Shown here piece by piece: positions 9,311 through 19,579 of a stretch of 64,000 nucleotides of DNA (the stretch's first letter is position 1; each line of letters begins with the position of its first letter). Both the position numbers and the translations under genes were made by a program. The notes beneath the pieces are model-generated. The model had not been told where the DNA came from. It worked only from the letters and a program-made list of their open reading frames with translations, and made no database searches. Source of the stretch: Patescibacteria group bacterium UBA5147 (GTDB lineage: Bacteria > Patescibacteriota > Saccharimonadia > UBA4664); assembly GCA_002415345.1 (NCBI GenBank), contig DHXV01000001.1, forward strand, positions 33,059 to 97,058, in the 5' to 3' direction.

Positions 9311-10859
9311 GCATGAAACCGACCCACTGCTGCACCAGCCTGAGCGACGTCTTAAGCGGAAATTCTATCGCCACGTCCAGCAGCCTCGTCACGATATTCG
9401 CCTTGGCATAGCGGTCAGACAGCCAATGCCCCACCCGCACAAACGGCGTCGACAGAAAATCGGCCAGCACCTGAATCAGGTTTTGCCGTTCCGGCAGCAT
9501 GCGCAGCTCGCCGGCGGCCTGGCGCAATCTCAACCCCAAGAAACTGACGGCCGAGAAGAACATAAAGAAGATAAATCCGTTCACCGGGTTGAACCCAAGG
9601 TAGCGAAGCAACCAAATGAGCAAGCCAAAGGACAACGTAAAGCCCAGCCCGTAAATACTCAGGAAGACCGTATTCAACGAGGGAGAAGTTACGCGGCGAC
9701 GTAGTTTATAGGAGATGGGAGGCTGATCGGAAGCGTAGATTATCCGGTCGACATATGAAGCGATAACTTCCGTATTCTGTCGCCCCGGAGCTCTGGCTTG
9801 TAGCCCGATAAGCATCATATACAAGGGAGGAAAGACAATATTGATGATGAGTGGCTGCCAGAGAATAAATCGGGATATGAACAGATCATATGGAACCTCA
9901 ATGCTGATTCCAATCAATATTTTGGTAAGGAAGATGAACATGATGGTTCGTATCAGCCTATCAGAAGCATTTTTTTCGACGAGCTGGTACTGCTGTTGAC
10001 AGATTGACCGCACTTTTCCCAGGGTTGTTTCTCGGGACAGCAATGTTCCGGAAGTGACAGTACTTGAAACCAGGAGTTCGCGCATAATGCGGATTGGAGC
10101 GGCGTACCGGTTTACGACCCGGCCTAGGCGGTTCGTCAGCGGAGACTGATATTGGACGTCGATAAGCTGGTTGGCGGCGATGAAGTCGCGCACCGGGAAA
10201 GCGTCAAGATCCTCAAGGTTGGCAGCCAGCGCATAAAACCTGGTGGTCGCCAGATCCGATTTGAAAATTGTCCGGTGAATTGCGCAGTATAAGGCAGTCT
10301 GATCGCGCTCGGGCTTACCGGCGCCTTCAACACTGGAAAAATCAATGGCTTTCAAATAATGATCGTACGCGAAGGAGATGAACGGGCTCAACCGTCGGCT
10401 CGTCGGCACGAGCGTATTTTCAAGCTGGACCGAGAGCAACTGCGTAATCCAACGCTTAAGTACCTTGGGCTGTTCCCCGCCGGTCTGACGGGCGGCATTA
10501 AAATAATTGCCATACTTGGCGCCGGTGTCGTCCATTGCGGCTAGCATCGTGATTGGCACGCTGTGGTTGGGGACGTAGCCCGCCTGAGTAAGCTCGTTAA
10601 TCAGTTCTGCAGCCGAAGTGCGGTAATTGCCAATGTCCACGTGCCGCGTCAGGAACCGCTCAATAGCCCCGCGCAGCAGCAGATGACGTTCACGGTATTC
10701 AGCCGCGTTTCGCAGCTGCTCATAGGCAAAATAAAAGTTACCTCCGACACCGTCGACATGGTAAACCGGACCCGCAGCGGGAGCTATGGCCTCTCCGGCG
10801 GACAATTGGTTTATAAGGTGACGGACGGCAGGAGTCAATTCAGTGGATGAAGAATGCAT
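9288..10859 (-). CDS. large membrane protein, function unknown
   Basis: 523-aa ORF with a soluble N-terminal half and a polytopic C-terminal half. No recognised motif. Confidence 0.5.
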   Translation of the reverse strand: MHSSSTELTPAVRHLINQLSAGEAIAPAAGPVYHVDGVGGNFYFAYEQLRNAAEYRERHLLLRGAIERFLTRHVDIGNYRTSAAELINELTQAGYVPNHSVPITMLAAMDDTGAKYGNYFNAARQTGGEQPKVLKRWITQLLSVQLENTLVPTSRRLSPFISFAYDHYLKAIDFSSVEGAGKPERDQTALYCAIHRTIFKSDLATTRFYALAANLEDLDAFPVRDFIAANQLIDVQYQSPLTNRLGRVVNRYAAPIRIMRELLVSSTVTSGTLLSRETTLGKVRSICQQQYQLVEKNASDRLIRTIMFIFLTKILIGISIEVPYDLFISRFILWQPLIINIVFPPLYMMLIGLQARAPGRQNTEVIASYVDRIIYASDQPPISYKLRRRVTSPSLNTVFLSIYGLGFTLSFGLLIWLLRYLGFNPVNGFIFFMFFSAVSFLGLRLRQAAGELRMLPERQNLIQVLADFLSTPFVRVGHWLSDRYAKANIVTRLLDVAIEFPLKTSLRLVQQWVGFMRDKQEEL

Positions 10860-10955
10860 AGCTAGGATTATGGCTCCCGGACGAGAGTAAATTCAAGGCT
10901 AATAAATATGCCGGGTACAACCCGCCCGGAAAGGGTGAATAATTGATGCAAGTGA

Positions 10956-11441
10956 TTAGTCTTGTTTGACACGTGTCTTCGGCGTGAAGGCCCGCAAGGA
11001 AAGGTGAGTCGTACTTGATTCATGAATCTTGGATTGCAAACGGTTTAATTCCGTCAACTCGTCATCAGTCAGAACATCCAAAATGGGCTGTAAGCGGGCC
11101 AGCTGGAAGGCCTTATACTTGCGATGACGAATCTTGCCCTCCTTACTCAGGCGCAAAGCAACCACACGACGATCCTGGTCGCTCGTTTGGCGGGACACCG
11201 TACCGTCTTTGACCAGCGCGTCAATCAGCTGAGTGGCGGCGCTCGGGGTAATATCAAGGGTAGTGGCAACATCCTTGACGCTGATTCCAGGGTTCGCGTT
11301 GACGATATGCATCACAATGGCTTGGGAGCGGGGAATGACTGCCCCGCTCATATCAGACTGGGAAGAAATAAGGGTGCGCCGCCAAATGTAGCGAACGTCC
11401 TCCATGACTTCCTCAACGAGTTTCTTACGATTAATTGACAT
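10956..11441 (-). CDS. MarR-family transcriptional regulator
   Basis: 161 aa with a winged HTH (..ISVKDVATTLDITPSAATQLIDALVKDG..RRVVALRLS..). Confidence 0.8.
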   Translation of the reverse strand: MSINRKKLVEEVMEDVRYIWRRTLISSQSDMSGAVIPRSQAIVMHIVNANPGISVKDVATTLDITPSAATQLIDALVKDGTVSRQTSDQDRRVVALRLSKEGKIRHRKYKAFQLARLQPILDVLTDDELTELNRLQSKIHESSTTHLSLRAFTPKTRVKQD

Positions 11442-11599
11442 TATTTCCTTTCGGTTGAGAGTCTAATTTAGCTATCTAATATATTAGTTACTTAATTAAT
11501 TTCTGTCAACAAACAAATCATCCGCTTGTTGTACTCGGGAGTCTCTTGGCTAAATTGTCCGGCTGTAACGTATCCAAGGTGTTCGAATTACCCAGCGAG

Positions 11600-12121
11600 T
11601 CAGCCCAACTTTAGCAAGTCGTCGAGGATTCCAGCGATCCGCCGGTTTGAATCCCGGAGCATTTCTTCCGCTTCTTTGAAGCTCGTGATGTCATGGTAGC
11701 AAACGACCACGAACTTTGGTTTGAGGCTGCGGCCAGTGATAGGGAACGCCTTTACGGTGAGCCAAAAATTTTCATTCTCCTGCGTTCCGACAAAATGCAT
11801 GACGCTTTCCGTTTCCTCATTGAATCGCAAAGCTCGACGGCCAGGCAGGTCCTCGACACCCATTAGGGCTCCGCTTTCATCAAAGAACATAAAACGGTCG
11901 GCTATGTCGGTTACCGACTGATGCATAAGCTGCTCCGCAGAGACGTAACGCATATTGTCGGATGCCAATTTATTGGCGTAGACAATGTCACCGGAGAGGT
12001 CGTAGACGGTAACTGCGTCAATCATGTTGCCCAGTATTTTTCGCCAATACCTACCGATAGCTACTTTTCCAGCAGACTGGCTCTCAGATATCCCCAACGA
12101 TGCTGATCCAATAGTTTCCAT
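11600..12121 (-). CDS. PAS-domain protein (sensor module only)
   Basis: 173 aa, PAS fold (..VTVYDLSGDIVYANK..). Confidence 0.65.
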   Translation of the reverse strand: METIGSASLGISESQSAGKVAIGRYWRKILGNMIDAVTVYDLSGDIVYANKLASDNMRYVSAEQLMHQSVTDIADRFMFFDESGALMGVEDLPGRRALRFNEETESVMHFVGTQENENFWLTVKAFPITGRSLKPKFVVVCYHDITSFKEAEEMLRDSNRRIAGILDDLLKLG

Positions 12122-12276
12122 AATACGGTAGACGCAAATTTATATTAGCATTCTAAAATACTTTAGAATTAATGTCAATAACATAATGTCTGGATAGTAG
12201 CTTTATTAAGCCTACATTTATGTATAAATTATCCCTCATCCACCTAATATGCGATCTGAATCAGAAACAGATCGGT

Positions 12277-13791
12277 CTATACGTAGCCCGGGAAGAAATC
12301 GACTTTGACGTTGTGCTCCGACACCCCTATCGCCTTTAGAACCGCCTGCATGGCCTTAACCATGGAATGCGGACCCGAAACATAAAACAGACGCTCACGG
12401 TAATCGGGGACCTCGGCCATAATCAGCTCAGGCGTTATAACACCGGCGTGCATATCGGCCGGCACTAGGGTATTCGGATCGGTTAGCGTATAGACGACTT
12501 TAGTCTGCAGTTTGGCCTGGGCGGCCGCAAATACGTCACCATAGGCCAATTCGGCCACGTTCCGCTCCGAGTACAGCAAGGTGACGTCTCTGGGATCATT
12601 AGTGTCGACCAAATATTTGATCATGCTCCTAAACGGCGTCACGCCAATGCCGCCGGCGATGAACGCGAGTTTGCGAGTGGGGTCTGTGGGCAGGACAAAG
12701 TCGCCGCCCAACTGCGCGGCGGCAAAGGGAGTGGTCGCCGTCATAGCCTGGAGCGCCTGTTTGAAGGTACTGCCCTGGGGATAGATTTTAATTCCCAGGC
12801 GTAAGGTCTGTTCGGTGGGCGAAGATGCCAGGGTGAAATAACGGCGACTCCCCCGCTCATCGGGCTTTTTATGAGGCAAAGTGAACTCCATGTACTGTCC
12901 CGGCTGATACGATATCGGCTTATCCAGGGCAAAGACAAAATCGTGGACATTCGGTCCCCAAGACAGGGTTTTGATAAGCCTTGGCAGCAGCTTAACTTTT
13001 GGGTTGACGACAAAGGCGTAGATATTGCTGGCTAGAAGCACCAGTTCGGGCGTGGAATATAGCGACAACAGATGGATCTGAGGCGGGAAAAGTAACCCAG
13101 CCAGTACCCCGTACCAGCGCTGATGATGTAACTGGGTTGGTGAGGTTAACGGCTCTGTCAGCATAACGAAGGCCAGGAAGAGCAAAGCAGACTCCAAAAA
13201 AGTTTTTTGAATAACGACAAAGATGTTGCCATGGGCTATTAGAGCGAATACGGCCGTTGCGGCGACTGCGGTCAGGACAAAGGTTGCCACCATCTGCCCG
13301 CGTCTGATTTTGCGGACCATCAGCACACCGCCGACTATAACCGCCGGGGCAAGTACCGCGCTTCCCACCCACCAACTGGCCGACTCGCCGGCGGCGGCTG
13401 CGGTAAGGGCCACTGCAACGGCGGCCGGGTTAAATAAATGGCGTCCCCGGATTGCCAGGATATACTTTGAAGCTATTGCCAGCCCGGCAGCGGCCGTCAG
13501 AAAGAGTAAATTTTGGGCCGAGGTCGACGGCGTGATAATCAACGCCAGGATTAGAGCTGTAATCAGTGACGATTCAGGGTTGCTTGGTACATTAAATATT
13601 GTTGCGAAAATACGGTTAGTCAGAACACTGACGCCTACCAGATAACCCGCGGATAGGGCTATTGCCAGCGGATTAAACGCTAGAAACCCCAGAGCGCTCA
13701 GCAGCATTGCGGCTCCCAACAGCCCCACTAAATAGTAGAGGAGCAAACGGTACATAGTTATGCGGTCAAGTCGACTATCGATAAAATTCAT
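12277..13791 (-). CDS. polytopic membrane protein fused to a ferredoxin-NADP-reductase-like FAD/NAD(P)-binding domain
   Basis: 504 aa. The N-terminal ~260 aa has six or more TM helices, including an RHLFNPA motif reminiscent of the NqrB/RnfD family. The C-terminal domain has RxYS-type FAD (RRYFTLAS) and GGIGVTP NAD(P) motifs. Confidence 0.65.
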   Translation of the reverse strand: MNFIDSRLDRITMYRLLLYYLVGLLGAAMLLSALGFLAFNPLAIALSAGYLVGVSVLTNRIFATIFNVPSNPESSLITALILALIITPSTSAQNLLFLTAAAGLAIASKYILAIRGRHLFNPAAVAVALTAAAAGESASWWVGSAVLAPAVIVGGVLMVRKIRRGQMVATFVLTAVAATAVFALIAHGNIFVVIQKTFLESALLFLAFVMLTEPLTSPTQLHHQRWYGVLAGLLFPPQIHLLSLYSTPELVLLASNIYAFVVNPKVKLLPRLIKTLSWGPNVHDFVFALDKPISYQPGQYMEFTLPHKKPDERGSRRYFTLASSPTEQTLRLGIKIYPQGSTFKQALQAMTATTPFAAAQLGGDFVLPTDPTRKLAFIAGGIGVTPFRSMIKYLVDTNDPRDVTLLYSERNVAELAYGDVFAAAQAKLQTKVVYTLTDPNTLVPADMHAGVITPELIMAEVPDYRERLFYVSGPHSMVKAMQAVLKAIGVSEHNVKVDFFPGYV

Positions 13792-14534
13792 CAGTTGTTC
13801 CTTACGTACTTGTCAAAGCCGCTGGTAAGCGTAGCTTGGCCGGCGCTGTCAATCATGTAGGCGTCCAAGCCTGGCAGTGACTCTATAAACTCTACGCCAC
13901 GTACACCCATAGCAAAAGCGGCCGTGGCAAAGCGGTCGGCCTCATATATATTCGGCCCGATAACCGTCAGCGACGCCACTTGTGATAATTGCGCCTTATC
14001 ATCAAAAGGATTATAAATATGTTCACCGCGAATATAGAGCCCGGAAGTGGCAATACCCTGCGTAGTCAGTGCCACCACTTTTACGATCTGGTGGCGGTCA
14101 AACGGGTTACGGATACCAATTTGCCATGGCTCGCGAGCCGCGTTTAGACCATTCACTTGGATATCACCGCCAGCTTCAACGTAAATATTTTCGCACCCCA
14201 AGCTAAGCAGGAGCTTGGCCGCCTTATCTATAGCCCAGCCTTTTACCAGGCCCGAAGGGTCAAACTTGCCTTGATGCCAAGCGTCAAAGTAACCGTTGGT
14301 GGCACCCGTCGTATCCCGGCACAATCGCACCACCTCCTGCATCTCGGGACTCCAGGCAGATTCCATAAAACCGGCGTTAATCCGCGACACTTCACTGGTT
14401 GGCTTGTAGGGGCTGTAGGCTTCATCCACGGCCGTAAAGTACGCGTAGGCTTTATTGAATATGTCCGGCGAAACCGCCTCATCTTCAATAATGAGAGTCA
14501 CCGGCATACCCATTAGCTGGCGGGTCTGTTTCAA
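13791..14534 (-). CDS. apbE: FAD:protein FMN transferase (ApbE family), apparently without signal peptide
   Basis: 247 aa. An MGMPVTLII motif near the N-terminus and overall ApbE family pattern. 4-nt overlaps with both neighbours. Confidence 0.75.
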   Translation of the reverse strand: MKQTRQLMGMPVTLIIEDEAVSPDIFNKAYAYFTAVDEAYSPYKPTSEVSRINAGFMESAWSPEMQEVVRLCRDTTGATNGYFDAWHQGKFDPSGLVKGWAIDKAAKLLLSLGCENIYVEAGGDIQVNGLNAAREPWQIGIRNPFDRHQIVKVVALTTQGIATSGLYIRGEHIYNPFDDKAQLSQVASLTVIGPNIYEADRFATAAFAMGVRGVEFIESLPGLDAYMIDSAGQATLTSGFDKYVRNN

Positions 14535-14956
14535 GCTGCTTTGGCGTTAGTTAACGCCGATGTGAGTGATTGAATGAACGCCTGACTAGTATCCGTGGCT
14601 CCGGAGACGCCGTCAACGTTGGCGCTCTGAGCCTGGATTGCCTCTTGCTTCAGGAATGGCATGGCCTGAGTGTTAATATGCATCGAGGTCATGCGGTCAT
14701 GGGGATATTGTAAAAAGACAACATCGGATATCTTACCGCCCTGTATCGTCACTTGGACCTGGATGTAGCCATAATAGGCATCAGCGGCCTGACCGGTATA
14801 CTGGCCGTCCTTATAGGCAACAACCGTGCCAACGGCAGCTGAGACCGGCGATTGAACCGGTGGCGGCGCAATTGCCGCTGACCCGGCCTGGCGCTGGTGA
14901 ACGCCGTACAGGATATAGCTGCCGATGACGAATGCAATGAGTAGAAATTTTTTCAT
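14531..14956 (-). CDS. exported FMN-binding domain protein (NqrC/RnfG/PplA-like)
   Basis: 141 aa. N-terminal signal anchor and FMN_bind domain with the DGVSGAT flavinylation motif (Thr acceptor for ApbE). Confidence 0.75.
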   Translation of the reverse strand: MKKFLLIAFVIGSYILYGVHQRQAGSAAIAPPPVQSPVSAAVGTVVAYKDGQYTGQAADAYYGYIQVQVTIQGGKISDVVFLQYPHDRMTSMHINTQAMPFLKQEAIQAQSANVDGVSGATDTSQAFIQSLTSALTNAKAA

Positions 14957-15036
14957 GACCCAAATGTACCAATCAAACCTTAGAATTAGATGAGAACTCC
15001 AGGGAGGTACTACGAGTCACTATTCAGGACCTGGTC

Positions 15037-16485
15037 CTACTGCTTCGAGCGTGGTTTACGCCATATGAGCTTATAGATACGCAGCTTTTCCGGCAGCTGA
15101 TTGACGAACGGGATGAAGGGGAAGGCCAGCAACAGGAGCAGGGATGTCCCAATGATGATGGCTCCGTCGCGGTCACCGTTGTCTTCATCTTTGGCTAGGA
15201 CCGTGTGGTTAAGGAGCCCGATGGGTGCCAGCCACCATGCGCCCGGTGTCGGGCTGCTAGCTTCCTCGCGGACCATGCCATATTGATCAGTCGTCATGTT
15301 AAGCTTGGTGGCAGTTTCGTCAGGTATGCCCGTATCAGCCAGGAATCTGACCACGTAGGTCGTTTGGTAGCCTGCGCCGTTGTTGTCTCGCAGCGCCGCT
15401 TCATACAGACCGCTTTTTGCCATTGTAGTAAGACTATCGACTACTGCGATGGCCTGGTTCCCCTTGGGGAGAACTTTGCTGACCTGATCACTGGTATAGA
15501 ACACAGTGGCGGCTTCAAGTTGGGTCTTTTGCACCTCGGCTGGCTGCGCCAGGAACAACTTCAATTGGTCGGGGGAAGACTGGGTAGCAATGAGTTGGTC
15601 GTAGGGAGTCTGGATGTAAACGGTCCGCGAATCAAACGTGTATGGAGCGATATTGTTTTTATAGGTCGCTGTGTCGGACGTACCGTCAAATTCTTTGAGC
15701 AGAGTCTGCGAAATCAGCGCGGGGTCATCCTTCGAAATCTTACTAATAGTCAGAGGTGATAAATAAGGGGAAGGAAACACGATCGCCAGTAGCGCTACAA
15801 GTGCAATGACCGTTCCGCCGCGCCAGAACAAGAGAGTGTGATTTGCCTTGACTACAGGATATGCATCAGCGGCCGGCGACGGCTTACTGATACCCAACAC
15901 ACGAACCAGAAAGTAATGGGCGACTATGAGAGCAATCAACGTCAACGGCAATACCGCGATGTGAATTCCCATGACCTGACCTGTGTTGAGGTTATTGAGC
16001 ACCCATCCTATTCCGCTGCCGTTATAAAGGTCGGCTCCCTGAAGGCTGCGGTATTGCGAAGAGAAATCGCCGCGGAGGACGTAGCCGAATTCGGCTTCAG
16101 CCAAGGCGAACAAAAACATGAAGACGCCCAACACCCAGGTGAACTTGCGAGCACCTTTGTATCCGGAAGTTAGGAACACTATCGTAAGATGCAGCAGGAT
16201 GAATACCACGAAAGCCTGGGTCGCCCACAGGTGGAAGCTGCGGAAGTACTGGCCAACCGAACTTGTAATCCACCAATGCGGACCTGCCATGGCCATGACG
16301 ATGCCGGTTATCAGCAACAAGAAGAATGATATGGCCGAAAGAAAACCGAGCGAATAGACGAACTTATTGGCAAACGAGGGAACGTCCCTGAGCATTAGGT
16401 TTTGGAGAGCGGTGCGTATCGGTCTGGACGAAGGTGTATTTTGATCCATAGTTCCTATCCTTGGCGACCGGCGAGCTACGCTCAC
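15037..16485 (-). CDS. cytochrome b6-type di-haem membrane protein with extended C-terminal domain
   Basis: 482 aa. Helix pairs carry H-x13-H (FHLWATQAFVVFILLH) and H-x14-H (HIAVLPLTLIALIVAH) bis-His haem ligands, typical of cytochrome b6/QcrB. Confidence 0.65.
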   Translation of the reverse strand: MSVARRSPRIGTMDQNTPSSRPIRTALQNLMLRDVPSFANKFVYSLGFLSAISFFLLLITGIVMAMAGPHWWITSSVGQYFRSFHLWATQAFVVFILLHLTIVFLTSGYKGARKFTWVLGVFMFLFALAEAEFGYVLRGDFSSQYRSLQGADLYNGSGIGWVLNNLNTGQVMGIHIAVLPLTLIALIVAHYFLVRVLGISKPSPAADAYPVVKANHTLLFWRGGTVIALVALLAIVFPSPYLSPLTISKISKDDPALISQTLLKEFDGTSDTATYKNNIAPYTFDSRTVYIQTPYDQLIATQSSPDQLKLFLAQPAEVQKTQLEAATVFYTSDQVSKVLPKGNQAIAVVDSLTTMAKSGLYEAALRDNNGAGYQTTYVVRFLADTGIPDETATKLNMTTDQYGMVREEASSPTPGAWWLAPIGLLNHTVLAKDEDNGDRDGAIIIGTSLLLLLAFPFIPFVNQLPEKLRIYKLIWRKPRSKQ

Positions 16486-16536
16486 TTAGGCAGCATTATT
16501 ACCAGTATAAATATAGCACTTACGCTTTTTTACCCT

Positions 16537-16552
16537 TGTGATTTAAGTCACA
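16537..16552. promoter_or_regulatory. CRP/FNR-family binding site TGTGA-N6-TCACA
   Basis: tTGTGAtttaagTCACAcc is a perfect match to the CRP consensus half-sites. It is centred ~59 bp upstream of the cytochrome b start codon, with a TATACT-like -10 between them on the minus strand. Confidence 0.5.
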
Positions 16553-16563
16553 CCAGCATAATG

Positions 16564-17823
<1,260 letters not shown>

Positions 17824-17888
17824 TTAATCCCATAGTACCGTTTGTCAGGTTGCCGAGTCGAGCACTCTTGGGTCATACTGACTATATT

Positions 17889-18896
17889 ATGCCAATTATT
17901 CATGTTTACGACACAACTCCGGAAGATCAGGATTCGTTAAAGGATCAGCTTGCAGGGGCAGGCGACCTACGGTTTAGCACCGAACCGCTCACCGACGACA
18001 CCGTCGATGCCGAAGCCGAAGTTATTTCGGTCTTCGTAACCAGCCCCGTCGGCAACGACCTGGTGAGAAAATTCCCTAAACTGAAACTCATCGCCTGCCG
18101 CTCCACCGGTTTTAACCACGTTGATATCCAGGCGGCCAGCGAACAAGGAGTCACCGTGGTCAATGTCCCGTCTTACGGCGAGCACACGGTGGCCGAGTAC
18201 ACTTTTGGCTTATTGCTGGCCCTGACGCGGCGGATTATCGCCGCCAGCGAGGCGTTTCAGGCCGGAACCGCAGACCACGACTCTCTCCGCGGCACGGACT
18301 TGAACGGCAAAGCGTTGGGACTGATCGGCACCGGCCACATCGGACGCAACGTCGCAACCATCGCGGGCGGCTTCGGAATGACCGTCAAGGCCTATGACGC
18401 CTACCCCGATGCCGACTGGGCACAACGTGTCGGCGTAACCTACGCCGAGCTGGACGAGGTAATCAGCACGAGCGATGTCGTCACGCTCCATATCCCCTAC
18501 TCCGAGTCGGTCCATCATCTCATCGATGCAGCCAAGCTCAAGCTCATGCGTCCCACCGCCATCGTCGTCAATACCGCTCGAGGGGAATTAATCGATACCG
18601 TAGCTCTGCTGGAAGCCTTGATCGCCGGCCAACTCCAAGGTGCCGTTTTGGATGTGTTCGAAGGCGAGTCGCTGGTTGACGTGCATAACGAACTCCGCAC
18701 ACTGCGCCTGAGTGGTAAGCAGGAACTCCTTGAACAGGGAGTGGAGCTCGACATCCTGCGTAAACTACCCAACGTGCTGGTGACCAACCACAATGCCTTC
18801 AATACGACTGAGGCCCTTGGCCGGATCAATCAAACCACCGCCGATAATATCAAGAAGTTTTTGGACGGCAAAACCCAAAATAGCGTGACTAAATGA
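17889..18896 (+). CDS. D-isomer-specific 2-hydroxyacid dehydrogenase (D-lactate dehydrogenase-like)
   Basis: GLIGTGHIGRNVA NAD-binding motif and catalytic R/E/H pattern. The start is moved to ATG 17889 (MPIIHVYD) because the track start 17817 would invade the divergent eno promoter. Confidence 0.8.
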   Translation: MPIIHVYDTTPEDQDSLKDQLAGAGDLRFSTEPLTDDTVDAEAEVISVFVTSPVGNDLVRKFPKLKLIACRSTGFNHVDIQAASEQGVTVVNVPSYGEHTVAEYTFGLLLALTRRIIAASEAFQAGTADHDSLRGTDLNGKALGLIGTGHIGRNVATIAGGFGMTVKAYDAYPDADWAQRVGVTYAELDEVISTSDVVTLHIPYSESVHHLIDAAKLKLMRPTAIVVNTARGELIDTVALLEALIAGQLQGAVLDVFEGESLVDVHNELRTLRLSGKQELLEQGVELDILRKLPNVLVTNHNAFNTTEALGRINQTTADNIKKFLDGKTQNSVTK

Positions 18897-19528
18897 CCGG
18901 CAAACTGATAATTGTCCGCCACGCCGAGTCATGGTGGAACGCCGAAGGCAAATGGACCGGAACAACCGATGTCCATTTGAGTCCAAAAGGCCAGCACGAA
19001 GCCGAGCTCATGGGTAAAGCCCTATCCGACCTTAGCTTTGACCAAGCTTATGTTTCGGAACAAACCCGCACTACCGAAACCCTGCAGGGCATCCTCAAAT
19101 CGTCACCTACTCCCAATGTGCCGGTGACGGTTGCATCTGCGCTGAATGAGCGTGATTATGGCACCTATACCGGAAAGAACAAATGGCAGGTCAAAGACGA
19201 AATCGGCGAAGCCGCTTTCCAAGATTTACGCCGGAGCTGGGACTACCCCGTGCCGGAAGGCGAGACAATCAAGGCCGTTTACGAGCGGGCAGTACCTTAC
19301 TTCCACTCCACCATCCTGCCGCAGCTGGCAGCTGGCAAATCCGTCCTAATCGTGGCCCACGGCAACTCAATCCGCGCCCTGATTAAATACCTTGAATCTG
19401 TAAGTGACACCGACATCAGCCAGATCGAAATGATCTTCGGCACCGCCCTTCTTTACGAAGTCGATGCCGATGGTCGCATGACCACCAAAGTCGTCCGTAC
19501 CATAGACAGCCCGCCCCCTCCGGCGTAG
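18893..19528 (+). CDS. gpmA: 2,3-bisphosphoglycerate-dependent phosphoglycerate mutase
   Basis: 211 aa with the RHAESWWNAEGKWTG histidine phosphatase motif. 4-nt overlap with the upstream gene. Confidence 0.85.
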   Translation: MTGKLIIVRHAESWWNAEGKWTGTTDVHLSPKGQHEAELMGKALSDLSFDQAYVSEQTRTTETLQGILKSSPTPNVPVTVASALNERDYGTYTGKNKWQVKDEIGEAAFQDLRRSWDYPVPEGETIKAVYERAVPYFHSTILPQLAAGKSVLIVAHGNSIRALIKYLESVSDTDISQIEMIFGTALLYEVDADGRMTTKVVRTIDSPPPPA

Positions 19529-19579
19529 CGGGAATCAAGTCCAGCTTACCTAATCATTATCAGCTGATACAATTAGCTT

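Noticed and set aside
11442-11600. AT-rich palindromes (TAATATATTA, TTAATTAA) upstream of marR as a MarR operator.
   Set aside because: These are short, low-complexity AT palindromes expected by chance in an AT-rich promoter. There is not enough information to call a site.
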